NCBI GenBank assembly: GCA_902579825.1
Contig: CACHII010000002.1
Location: 15,820 to 79,819 of the forward strand
Reading direction: 5' to 3'
DNA length: 64,000 bases
From: an uncultured SAR86 cluster bacterium
Lineage (GTDB): Bacteria; Pseudomonadota; Gammaproteobacteria; Magnimaribacterales; D2472
Below are positions 50,095 to 59,933 of the stretch, in pieces. The position numbers and the translations under genes are program-made. Under the pieces are notes generated by a model. That model made no database searches and was not told the DNA's origin. It worked only from the letters and a program-made list of their open reading frames with translations. Numbering within the stretch: position 1 is the first letter of the stretch; every line of letters starts with the position of its first letter.

Positions 50095-50372
50095 TCAACA
50101 ACCCTTGGGACCAAGAAGAAGTCTTCATTTGCTGAAGGCGCAACTTCTAACAACTCTTTTTTTAAATTTTTAGCAGTTACCTCATCTTTTCTTGTTTTGG
50201 CCGTTTTTTCTAGCGGATTTGTTAATGGTTCTATATTTGAAGTATCTACATCATTTAGTTTATCAACAAACCCAATAATATTATCTAAATCTTTAATGAT
50301 TTTTTCTTCTTTTTCACCATCAATTTTAAGCCTCGAAAGGTAAGATATTGTTGTTACTGTTTTCTTGTCCAT
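50091..50372 (-). CDS. gatC: Asp/Glu-tRNA amidotransferase subunit C
   Basis: 93 aa in gatC-gatA-gatB order with 4-nt overlaps. Has the LSRLKI..EE...DLDNII.FVD motif. Confidence 0.85.
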   Translation of the reverse strand: MDKKTVTTISYLSRLKIDGEKEEKIIKDLDNIIGFVDKLNDVDTSNIEPLTNPLEKTAKTRKDEVTAKNLKKELLEVAPSANEDFFLVPRVVE

Positions 50373-50431
50373 ATATAGGATATTATTATAGTTTAGTGGG
50401 TGGATATTAACCTAACTAACAAATTAATTAA

Positions 50432-51505
<1,074 letters not shown>

Positions 51506-51510
51506 TTTAA

Positions 51511-52347
51511 ATGGCTAGAATTTCGCCAACTCGTGGTCAGAAATTAATATTCATAATTTATATTTTGTTAGGTGTTGGGATTTTATATTTAGATATAATA
51601 TCTAATAATTTTCAGTCTGTAAAAAATGGATTTAAATCCTTTAAGATTTCTTCATCTTACTTCTTAAATCAAATTACAATTGAACAAATTAAAAAACTTG
51701 CTGAACGCTCAAAATCAAAAAAGTTTCTTATAAAAGAAAATGAAATGCTTAAGGAAGCATTAGACTTAAGCTATTTAAATAATTATTTAATTTCAAAAGA
51801 AAACAATTTTTATAAAGATCATGAAATTATTAAATATGCTGCCCAGGATAAGAATTATCAATCTTCATATAAAATTGCTCAATTAAGAAGTTTTGATCCA
51901 AACACATTTAATTGCTGTGACAGACATAGGATGTTTGTGGAAGTCATCAGCGATAATAATGAGGATTTTAATGAGTTCATGGTTTTCAATGCATCAGGAA
52001 TAATTGGTCAAATAATTCACACTAACAAGTATTCTGAAGTTCTGCTTTTAACAGATATTTCTCACTACACACCCATTAAATCAAGCACAAATGATTTCTT
52101 TTGTAATGCCCAGGGTAGCGGCAGATCAGAAATAATTATTTGTACATATAATCCATCAGTTGAAGATCAAGAAATAATTGCTGGCCATATATTTTATACC
52201 TCAGGTCTGGGAGGTATTTATCCAAAGGATATAGAAATAGGAAAAGTTGATAAGGTTATAAAAATAGACTCAACAACTGTCGAGTTAGAAATTAAGTTAT
52301 CTGCAAACCCAGTTTCAAACGACCTCTTAGGGGTGATTAAGTACTAA
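51511..52347 (+). CDS. mreC: rod-shape-determining protein MreC
   Basis: N-terminal TM segment, the coiled-coil LIKENEMLKE, and the C-terminal YTSGLGGIYPKDIEIGKV motif. It follows mreB. Confidence 0.85.
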   Translation: MARISPTRGQKLIFIIYILLGVGILYLDIISNNFQSVKNGFKSFKISSSYFLNQITIEQIKKLAERSKSKKFLIKENEMLKEALDLSYLNNYLISKENNFYKDHEIIKYAAQDKNYQSSYKIAQLRSFDPNTFNCCDRHRMFVEVISDNNEDFNEFMVFNASGIIGQIIHTNKYSEVLLLTDISHYTPIKSSTNDFFCNAQGSGRSEIIICTYNPSVEDQEIIAGHIFYTSGLGGIYPKDIEIGKVDKVIKIDSTTVELEIKLSANPVSNDLLGVIKY

Positions 52348-52817
52348 TGAGATATTTAAAAATAATATTTTCTTTAATATTAATTAATCTGCTTGATAAG
52401 GAGATAGCAAGCATCACATATCCTTATTTTATAATTTTTCCCTTAACTTTTTTAGGTTACTCATTTTATGTTTATAAATCTAATTCAAATATTGGTTCGA
52501 GTGAGGCATTTTTCACAGGATTATTTATAGATCTTATTTCTGATTCATTCTTAGGATTGAATGCAATCTTTTTTTGTTTAATAACTTATTTTATAAATAT
52601 TTATGCCAATGTATTTAAATTATTTTCATACTTACAAATATGTATATTTTTTGGATTGTCCTCATCAGCTTATGTCGGATTATCACAAATGATAATCAAT
52701 ATTTGGAATTTCTCATATGTAACTTTATTTATGAGTGCTCTATTCAATATCATTCTATGTATTTTAATAGCAATTCTCTCAGCATATTTACCTTATTTTA
52801 CTAAACCAAGATTATAG
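52347..52817 (+). CDS. mreD: rod-shape-determining protein MreD
   Basis: 156 aa polytopic protein with AFFTGLFIDLISDSFLGLNA (the MreD G.l.D motif). TAATG overlap with mreC. Confidence 0.75.
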   Translation: MRYLKIIFSLILINLLDKEIASITYPYFIIFPLTFLGYSFYVYKSNSNIGSSEAFFTGLFIDLISDSFLGLNAIFFCLITYFINIYANVFKLFSYLQICIFFGLSSSAYVGLSQMIINIWNFSYVTLFMSALFNIILCILIAILSAYLPYFTKPRL

Positions 52818-52819
52818 GA

Positions 52820-55168
52820 ATGACTATTTTTAAAAGATTTATTAAGTTTGGCCTAATACTTATTATTTTATTTTTGTCTTCCATATTTATAACTTACTTA
52901 TCTCTTCTTTATAAGCCTGAAAGTATTTTTTTTATTGCCAATAAGACAATTGCAAAAAATTATTCTTTTGAATATTCAGAAATAAATTCAAAGGTGAGTT
53001 TCTTAAATCCTAATATTTCTATTGATAATATTTTAATTAGAGATCAAGACAAAAAAGTTGTCCTCGAGGGAGACAAAATTATAGTAGGCATTGATCTAAT
53101 TAAGTCTTTTTCATTGGGCTTTATTCATTTAACTGATTTAAATATAGATAATTTTAATTTTCTACAAGATTCATCATCTGATCAAAACACTGATTTTAAA
53201 ATTTATATTAAAAATCTATATATCAAATCTAAAAATTATGATTTTGCATCATTAAATTCAAGAATTTTAAGTCAGTCTGGAGAGCTTTCAATAATTGTTG
53301 AAAATGGTGAATTAAATAATATGAATTTTAAGAGTTTAAATATTTTCAATAAGTTAAACGAAAATAAATACTATTATTCAATTTATTTTAATTTAGATGA
53401 GCAAATTTTAGACGAAAACGATCTTTTTGATTTTGGCTCCTTTTCTGATTATAAGATAGATTTATCAATTTACAGCAGCGGTTTTTATGAATCTAATTTA
53501 GGTTCATTGGTTAATGTTAATAAATATATTTTTAGGGACTCAGTTTTAAAAACTCAATCAGGTTATCTTTTTGAAAATATTAATGCAATTTTGTATGAAA
53601 ACTCAGACAAGGAAGTTACAGGAATTTTTGATGCAAAAATACCCGATCAAAATATTAACGGCTCAATTCAAATCAGGAATAACAAAGTCACTATGTATAC
53701 AAATCTTGAGTTTGATATGAATGAGATACTAAATTATGAGAATTTTTTAACTCTTAATGGCAGAGAGGTTTTTTCTGCAAAGATTTTTATAAGTGATGGT
53801 AATACTTCACTGCATTTAAGATCAAACTTAAAATATACTGAAATTACATCTAATATCAATGAGCTAAATAAAAAATTTGACGAAGATTTAAATACGTCAA
53901 TTTATATTGAAAGTATTTCACAACCAACATACCTAATTGAAAATCAAAGGTTCTATGCCTTCATAGGTAATAACAATAATGGTTTCTTTTCACTTGGGAA
54001 AGGCTTTGATAATGAAATCAAAGAAAAAGATTTTGCAGACGGATTTCATATATATTTAACACTAAAAAATTTAAAGATTAATAACATCCTAATTCCAAAT
54101 GAGCCTAGCAATGATGCTAATTTAAAATCATTAAACTTAAAAATTGATGAATTAAACTTTTTCAATAATATATATAACAATCAAATATTTAAAATTAATT
54201 TCAAAGAAAAATCCTCATTTGCCACTTTTAATGGTAACAACCTGAATGGATCAGTAAATATAGATGATACAGGCTTTACAAGAATTGATGTCTTTAATAC
54301 AAAGTTTGAATTTAAGGGCCTAGATATTGTTGAATCTCAAAGTAATTTTGATATTGCAAATATTAATTTAAGATTTGTTGGCAAAAATATACAAACATAT
54401 GATGATATTTTCCAAGACATTGATTTTTATTTATTGAGGAATAAAAATATAACGACTGTAGATAATATTAACGTATCAAGTAAAAATTTGAACATAGGAC
54501 CTTATAATAATGAAAAAGCTTATATAAGTTATAACAATAAAACAGATATGTATAAGTTAAGAGGTTCTTACAAAATCAATAATGAAAACAGCATACCAAA
54601 AGCTTTAACTAATTATGATTTTGAGTATCTTTCTGCAAATTTAAATATTCAGTGGATAGGTATTAAGCAATTAAAAAATATTGAGGGCAATGTTGATTTC
54701 TTATTAAAAGATTTTAAATCTAATACAGAGATTCCTAATTCTGCATTTTTAAGAGCATTAAAGATATTTAATTTGAATGCCATAATTGAAAATATTAACA
54801 ATGATACAAATATAGCATCCTCAAATCTTTATATTAATAGAGCTGAAGGTAATTTTTATATTGGTAAAAATAGGGCATTAATCAGTGAGCCAATTAAAAT
54901 TGAAACAACCGAAGCTAAAATGAGATGGAAGGGAGACATATTTAAAAATTCTGAAGGACTTCTTGATAGCCTAAATCTAGACCTGGAAATGAGACTAAAA
55001 GTCTCTGAAAATATTCCATGGTATGCAGCAATTTTTGGTGGGTTTCCTGCACTAGCTGGTGGTATGGTTTTAGAAAATATTTTTGATGAAAGTCTTGATG
55101 ATGTTTCAACTTTTAAATTTAAAGTAACTGGCAATATAGATAACCCAGAAATTGAAAGACTAGATTAA
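52820..55168 (+). CDS. AsmA-like / YhdP-like (DUF3971-type) envelope protein, short form
   Basis: 782 aa, Asn/Ile/Lys-rich, with an N-terminal TM anchor. The C-terminus FKFKVTGNIDNPEIERLD resembles the G-x-x-D-x-P endings of AsmA/TamB/YhdP proteins (from memory). It lies downstream of mreBCD, as E. coli yhdP does. Confidence 0.5.
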   Translation: MTIFKRFIKFGLILIILFLSSIFITYLSLLYKPESIFFIANKTIAKNYSFEYSEINSKVSFLNPNISIDNILIRDQDKKVVLEGDKIIVGIDLIKSFSLGFIHLTDLNIDNFNFLQDSSSDQNTDFKIYIKNLYIKSKNYDFASLNSRILSQSGELSIIVENGELNNMNFKSLNIFNKLNENKYYYSIYFNLDEQILDENDLFDFGSFSDYKIDLSIYSSGFYESNLGSLVNVNKYIFRDSVLKTQSGYLFENINAILYENSDKEVTGIFDAKIPDQNINGSIQIRNNKVTMYTNLEFDMNEILNYENFLTLNGREVFSAKIFISDGNTSLHLRSNLKYTEITSNINELNKKFDEDLNTSIYIESISQPTYLIENQRFYAFIGNNNNGFFSLGKGFDNEIKEKDFADGFHIYLTLKNLKINNILIPNEPSNDANLKSLNLKIDELNFFNNIYNNQIFKINFKEKSSFATFNGNNLNGSVNIDDTGFTRIDVFNTKFEFKGLDIVESQSNFDIANINLRFVGKNIQTYDDIFQDIDFYLLRNKNITTVDNINVSSKNLNIGPYNNEKAYISYNNKTDMYKLRGSYKINNENSIPKALTNYDFEYLSANLNIQWIGIKQLKNIEGNVDFLLKDFKSNTEIPNSAFLRALKIFNLNAIIENINNDTNIASSNLYINRAEGNFYIGKNRALISEPIKIETTEAKMRWKGDIFKNSEGLLDSLNLDLEMRLKVSENIPWYAAIFGGFPALAGGMVLENIFDESLDDVSTFKFKVTGNIDNPEIERLD

Positions 55169-56500
55169 ATATATTGTTGCTAGTCCAAGAAATGAGAAGA
55201 AACCCACAACATCTGTAACTGTAGTTACAACTACACTTCCACCAATCGCAGGATCTTGGTTTAGCTTCCTGAGAATTAGAGGTACAAGAATTCCAGCAAT
55301 AACAGAACTTATGAGATTAATAACCAATGCGGAGGCTATCAAAACAGCTAGAGTATAGTCTTGAAACCAAAGATATGTTGAAATTGCAACTAAGGTGGAT
55401 AAGACAATACCATTTATTATTGATACCGCTAATTCTCTTTTAAAAAGCCATTTGATATTTGAAGTATTTATTTGTTCTAGTGTTAAACCTCTTAATACAA
55501 TTGTCAGTGTTTGAGTGGCAGCAACTCCGCCCATGCTTGCTACTATGGGCATTAAAACAGCCAAATAAACAATTTTATCAATCACATCTTGAAATATGTT
55601 TATAGTACTTGCAGCTATAAATGCTGTTACTAAATTCATCGCTAACCAAAAAACTCTACTTTTTGCTGCTCTGCCCGGAGGTGCGAAAGTATCCTCTGCG
55701 ACTCCTGCCATACCAAGAAGGTTTTGATCAGCATCTTCTCTTATTACATCAATGACATCATCAATAGTTATTCTTCCAATTAGCTGTCCCTTATGATCAA
55801 TAACAGCAGAGGATATTAGATCATTTCTTTCAAAAATTGTTGCAACATCTTTATCCTCAAGATTCACATCAATTGCGGGAATATCTGTTTCCATTATTTC
55901 CCTAACATTCATTACTGGATCTGTTGTAATAATCTTACTTATAGGCAGTTCACCAAGGTAATCATTATCATTATTTACAACAAAAATTTTATCAGTGCTC
56001 TCTGGTAGCTCTTTTTGATCTCTTAAGTAGTTAAGAACTTCTTTTATAGAATTGTTTGGCCTCACACTTATCACATCAGTATTTAGCAATCCTCCAGCTG
56101 TATTTTCTGAAAATGTAAGTCCCATTTCAATCCTTTGTCTATCTACTTTTGACATATTTGAAAGAATTGTTTTCATTCTCTCTTCAGGAAGATTTTGTAA
56201 AATATCAACTATTTCATCTAGCTCAAGTTCTTTTACGGCTTCAGTGAGCTCTTCATTAGAAATATTTGAAATTAAATCTTTTTGAATCTCTTCACCAAGT
56301 TCAAAAAGAACATCTCCTTCCTCTTCAGTTTTAAGTAAAGAAAATATAATACTTCTTTGTTTTGGTGGGGAAGACTCAAGTGCATGAGCAATTTCTGAGG
56401 AAGACATGTCATTCAATAGTTTTCTTATTTGATTTAAAGAGAGATTTGAAGAGTCATCTAAAATAATTTTTAAATTTTCTCTATTCTTTTTAATTTCCAT
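55160..56500 (-). CDS. mgtE: magnesium transporter MgtE
   Basis: 446 aa with the MgtE N-domain, two CBS domains, and a C-terminal 5-TM domain containing GGVAATQT and VTDVVGF. Confidence 0.9.
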   Translation of the reverse strand: MEIKKNRENLKIILDDSSNLSLNQIRKLLNDMSSSEIAHALESSPPKQRSIIFSLLKTEEEGDVLFELGEEIQKDLISNISNEELTEAVKELELDEIVDILQNLPEERMKTILSNMSKVDRQRIEMGLTFSENTAGGLLNTDVISVRPNNSIKEVLNYLRDQKELPESTDKIFVVNNDNDYLGELPISKIITTDPVMNVREIMETDIPAIDVNLEDKDVATIFERNDLISSAVIDHKGQLIGRITIDDVIDVIREDADQNLLGMAGVAEDTFAPPGRAAKSRVFWLAMNLVTAFIAASTINIFQDVIDKIVYLAVLMPIVASMGGVAATQTLTIVLRGLTLEQINTSNIKWLFKRELAVSIINGIVLSTLVAISTYLWFQDYTLAVLIASALVINLISSVIAGILVPLILRKLNQDPAIGGSVVVTTVTDVVGFFSFLGLATIYLI

Positions 56501-56524
56501 TCCTAAATTCTTGCCTGTAATAAA

Positions 56525-57790
56525 TTACCTATGTCTTGATGATGGAATGTTATTCTTTTTTCTATATTTCGTAATAGTTCTGCGGGCTAAACCAAAACCT
56601 CTTTTATTTAACTCAATAGCGATTTTTTTATCACTTTTTGGTTTTTTTTCAGTTTTGATAACGTCTTCTATGAGTTTCATTAATTGCAATGACGAGATAT
56701 TTCTTGTTTTGGAAACCGATGATATTAATAAGGACTTTAGAGGCATTACTCCCTTAGGGGTTTCAATATATTTATGTCTTAAGATTCTTGATACAGTAGA
56801 GGGATGAACTCCAATCTCATCTGCAATCTCTTTATTAGTTAGTGTATTAATTTTTAGTGGATTTTCATCAAAAAAAGAAATTTGTTTCAAGCAGATGTAT
56901 TGGCCAACCTTTTGTACCGTTTCATTTCTTTTTTTTACAGATCTTAATAACCATTTTGCTTCATTAATTTTTGCTAACAAGTCCTTATTCTTTTTTGTTT
57001 TTAATTCTTGTTTAACTTGGTTAATCAAATCATCATCTGTCTTAATAATTGGGAAACCATCTTCAATGAATTCAACCTTAATTTCATCATTCTTTAGAAA
57101 TAATTTTAAATCTGTTTCAATATATTGTGTTTTCTCATAATTTAAGCCTGGACTTAAGTCACAATTTTTTATCTCGTTAATTGCTTTTACTATATCTTGA
57201 TGTTTAGAACCCTCTTTAACTAATTTTGTTTTAATTTCTTCTAAATTATCTAGATCTTTATTTAACAAAATTTTGTTAACTAGAATTTTTAAATTTTCTG
57301 GAATGCTACTATTTTTTATTTGAATGCTTATACATTCTTTATAATTTCTAAACCCAACACCACTTGGATGAAGCCTATGAATAATATCTTTTAATACAAG
57401 TTCAATTTCTGATTCAGAAAAAATGAAATTTGAAATCTCTTCAATTTTAGAAATGCTTTCTGTTAACATTCCTGACTCATCAATACAGTCAATTATTACT
57501 TGAGATATTTGAGTGTCTCTATTGCTTAAATCAAAATCATTTAATTGATCTAAAAGCGTTTCTCGTAAAGTTAATTTTGATTCAATATCAAAATTAAAGT
57601 CTTTTTCATTGAAAGAATTATCATAATCATATTCCTGCTTTTCTAAGAAAGGATTCTCAATAATCTCATTTTCAATTTTTTTTATTAATTCAAATCTTGA
57701 TAACTGCAGAAGATCAATAGATTTTTTTAACAATGGAGTAAGCTTGATACTTTGTTTTTGTTTTAAATTTTTTGATAATACTATCCCCAT
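56525..57790 (-). CDS. rpoN: RNA polymerase sigma-54 factor RpoN (compact, 421 aa)
   Basis: Region I (LTPLLKKSIDLLQLSRFEL) and a C-terminal HTH plus RpoN box (ARRTITKYRKKNNIPSSRHR). It lies downstream of lptB. Confidence 0.9.
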   Translation of the reverse strand: MGIVLSKNLKQKQSIKLTPLLKKSIDLLQLSRFELIKKIENEIIENPFLEKQEYDYDNSFNEKDFNFDIESKLTLRETLLDQLNDFDLSNRDTQISQVIIDCIDESGMLTESISKIEEISNFIFSESEIELVLKDIIHRLHPSGVGFRNYKECISIQIKNSSIPENLKILVNKILLNKDLDNLEEIKTKLVKEGSKHQDIVKAINEIKNCDLSPGLNYEKTQYIETDLKLFLKNDEIKVEFIEDGFPIIKTDDDLINQVKQELKTKKNKDLLAKINEAKWLLRSVKKRNETVQKVGQYICLKQISFFDENPLKINTLTNKEIADEIGVHPSTVSRILRHKYIETPKGVMPLKSLLISSVSKTRNISSLQLMKLIEDVIKTEKKPKSDKKIAIELNKRGFGLARRTITKYRKKNNIPSSRHR

Positions 57791-57793
57791 GAT

Positions 57794-58507
57794 TTATTTG
57801 TACATATTTCCAAGGTAAACCTCTTTAACTAATTTATCACTTATTAGTTTTTGCTTGGAACCTTGAGAAATTATCTCTCCATTACTTATAATCGCAGCTT
57901 GGTTACATATCTCTAGAGTTTCTCTTACATTGTGATCAGTTATTAGAATCCCAATGCCTTTGTCCGATAGTTTTTTTAATACCCTCTTAATGTCCTCTAT
58001 CGCAATTGGATCAATGCCTGCAAAAGGTTCATCTAAAAGTATAATTTTGGGTTTTGCTGCAAGTGTCCTAGCAATTTCCACCTTTCTTCTCTGTCCTCCT
58101 GAAAGCTGTCTCCCTTTTAGTTGCCTTATCTCTGATAAACCAAATTCCTCTATTGAACTACTGACAAAGTTTTTAATATCTTTCTTATTATCAAAAGATA
58201 ATTCTGCTAATCCTAGGAGATTTTCATATACAGTTAAATTTTGAAAGATAGATGGTTCTTGAGGGAGGTATTTAATTCCAAGCTTGGATCTTTTATGCAT
58301 TGGCAAATTTGATAAATCCATATCGGATAATACTATCTTTCCTTCATCTGGATTCATTAAACCAGCTATGATGTAAAATGTAGTGGTCTTTCCGGCACCA
58401 TTAGGACCTAATAAACCAAATATATCCGATTCATTTATTTCAATACTAACTTTTGAAATAATTTTCTTCCCTTTTATTGACTTAGATATATCTTTAACAT
58501 CAAGCAT
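57794..58507 (-). CDS. lptB: LPS export ABC transporter ATPase LptB
   Basis: GLLGPNGAGKTTTFY Walker A, LSGGQRRKVEIAR signature and ILLDEPFAGIDP Walker B. ATG 58507 (MLDVKDISKS) aligns with the E. coli LptB N-terminus. The ORF-track GTG 58534 would overlap lptA. Confidence 0.95.
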   Translation of the reverse strand: MLDVKDISKSIKGKKIISKVSIEINESDIFGLLGPNGAGKTTTFYIIAGLMNPDEGKIVLSDMDLSNLPMHKRSKLGIKYLPQEPSIFQNLTVYENLLGLAELSFDNKKDIKNFVSSSIEEFGLSEIRQLKGRQLSGGQRRKVEIARTLAAKPKIILLDEPFAGIDPIAIEDIKRVLKKLSDKGIGILITDHNVRETLEICNQAAIISNGEIISQGSKQKLISDKLVKEVYLGNMYK

Positions 58508-58511
58508 TTCT

Positions 58512-58919
58512 TTATTCTGAGGAAAATTTTCCACTAATAGGATTAAATATTATAAGTTCGGAAGAAATTGTCAGATTTTCATAGATCATTTTCGCATTAC
58601 CAATTAAATGTACTTTTTCGTTCGTATAAAAAATAATCTTATTTGCTGTTCCAGAGAAATCATAATTATCTTTATTGGAAGTTATGGTTGTGGGCATACC
58701 AGTCAAAGAAATTGAATTTTCATTATCATCGTAAGTAGCTGATGATGCTTCAATACTTATGAAGTCTGATTTAATTTTAACGTTATGGTTAAAATTAATT
58801 TGATTAGATTCTTTATAAAACTCAATTGAATCTGATTTAATTTTTACATGTTCATTTAGCTCTACTGAAAAAATTGAAAAACTAAAAAAAATAAGAAATA
58901 TAAAAACTAGCTTTATCAC
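58512..58919 (-). CDS. lptA: LptA-like OstA-fold periplasmic LPS-bridge protein (the only LptA/LptC-type gene at this locus)
   Basis: 135 aa with an N-terminal hydrophobic segment. It shows the LptA pattern I.SDS.E......I.F..NV.I......I.A........N.I.L.G.P......  ...G.A..I.Y......L.GNA, and lies between kdsD and lptB. Confidence 0.65.
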   Translation of the reverse strand: MIKLVFIFLIFFSFSIFSVELNEHVKIKSDSIEFYKESNQINFNHNVKIKSDFISIEASSATYDDNENSISLTGMPTTITSNKDNYDFSGTANKIIFYTNEKVHLIGNAKMIYENLTISSELIIFNPISGKFSSE

Positions 58920-58922
58920 GAA

Positions 58923-59888
58923 TTACAATATCCTTGCCTCTATAAGATCATGCATGGATATAATACCTACATATTCTTTTTTGTTCATAACCACCAAAGT
59001 AAAAATTTTATTTTTTTCCATCATTTCTGCAGCATCGACAGCTAGTGAATTAAAACTAATTGTTTTGAAGTTTTTTGTCATTACTTCTTTAATTTTTGTT
59101 TTTTGAATGTCTACTTTATTATTAATACATCTTCTTAAATCACCATCAGTGAAAATACCAACTATTTTTTTCTTGTTTATTACAAGAGTAATACCAAGAT
59201 TTTTCTTTGTAATTTCAAGAAGAGCATCATCTAATACTGTGTCGGGCTTAACTTTTGGAACCGAGACACCTTTATGCATTAAATCAGAAACCTTCGTAAT
59301 TAATTTTTTTCCCAATTTTCCAGCTGGATGAGAGGATGCAAAATCATTTTTTGTAAAACCTTTTGCTTCAAGAAGTGCTATTGCAAGAGCATCGCCAAAA
59401 GCAAGAGCATTTGTTGTTGAAGATGTTGGTGCTAAATCAAGAGGACAAGCTTCTTTTTGTGATTTAAGTTCAATTTTGATATCAGCAGATTTTGAAATAG
59501 TTGATTTGTTATTACTTGTAAGAGCTGCTATTTTGTTTGCATGTCTTTTTAATGATGGAATTATATTAATGATTTCATCTGTTTCTCCCGAATTAGATAT
59601 TAGAAGAATGATATCTTTTTTATCTATCATTCCAATATCTCCATGGGCTGCTTCTGTTGGATGAATGAATATTGATGTTGTCCCTGTGCTAGATAATGTT
59701 GCTGATATTTTTTGTGCAATGTGACCTGATTTACCAACGCCCATTATTATGAATTTACCCCTAGTGTTCAATACAGCATCACAAAGTTTTGTGAAAGAAG
59801 TGTTAAGTTGATTAGCAATAGCCTTAATAGAATCAGATTCTATTTTTAAAGTTCTTTTTGCAGATGAAATGTAGTTAAATTTTTTCAT
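58923..59888 (-). CDS. kdsD: arabinose-5-phosphate isomerase KdsD (SIS + 2xCBS)
   Basis: GVGKSGHIAQKISATLSSTGT..FIHP.EA.HGD SIS motif and tandem C-terminal CBS domains. I prefer ATG 59888 over TTG 59900. Confidence 0.9.
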   Translation of the reverse strand: MKKFNYISSAKRTLKIESDSIKAIANQLNTSFTKLCDAVLNTRGKFIIMGVGKSGHIAQKISATLSSTGTTSIFIHPTEAAHGDIGMIDKKDIILLISNSGETDEIINIIPSLKRHANKIAALTSNNKSTISKSADIKIELKSQKEACPLDLAPTSSTTNALAFGDALAIALLEAKGFTKNDFASSHPAGKLGKKLITKVSDLMHKGVSVPKVKPDTVLDDALLEITKKNLGITLVINKKKIVGIFTDGDLRRCINNKVDIQKTKIKEVMTKNFKTISFNSLAVDAAEMMEKNKIFTLVVMNKKEYVGIISMHDLIEARIL

Positions 59889-59918
59889 AATAATTTGCAA
59901 ATTTTTAGCTAACTCAAA

Positions 59919-59927
59919 TGCTATAAT
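59919..59927 (+). promoter_or_regulatory. extended -10 element TGCTATAAT, 6 nt upstream of the mlaC ATG
   Basis: A TGnTATAAT match in the 45-nt kdsD-mlaC divergent spacer, with no SD before the ATG. The 9-mer and spacing are identical to those upstream of greA. Confidence 0.35.
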
Positions 59928-59933
59928 AGACCA

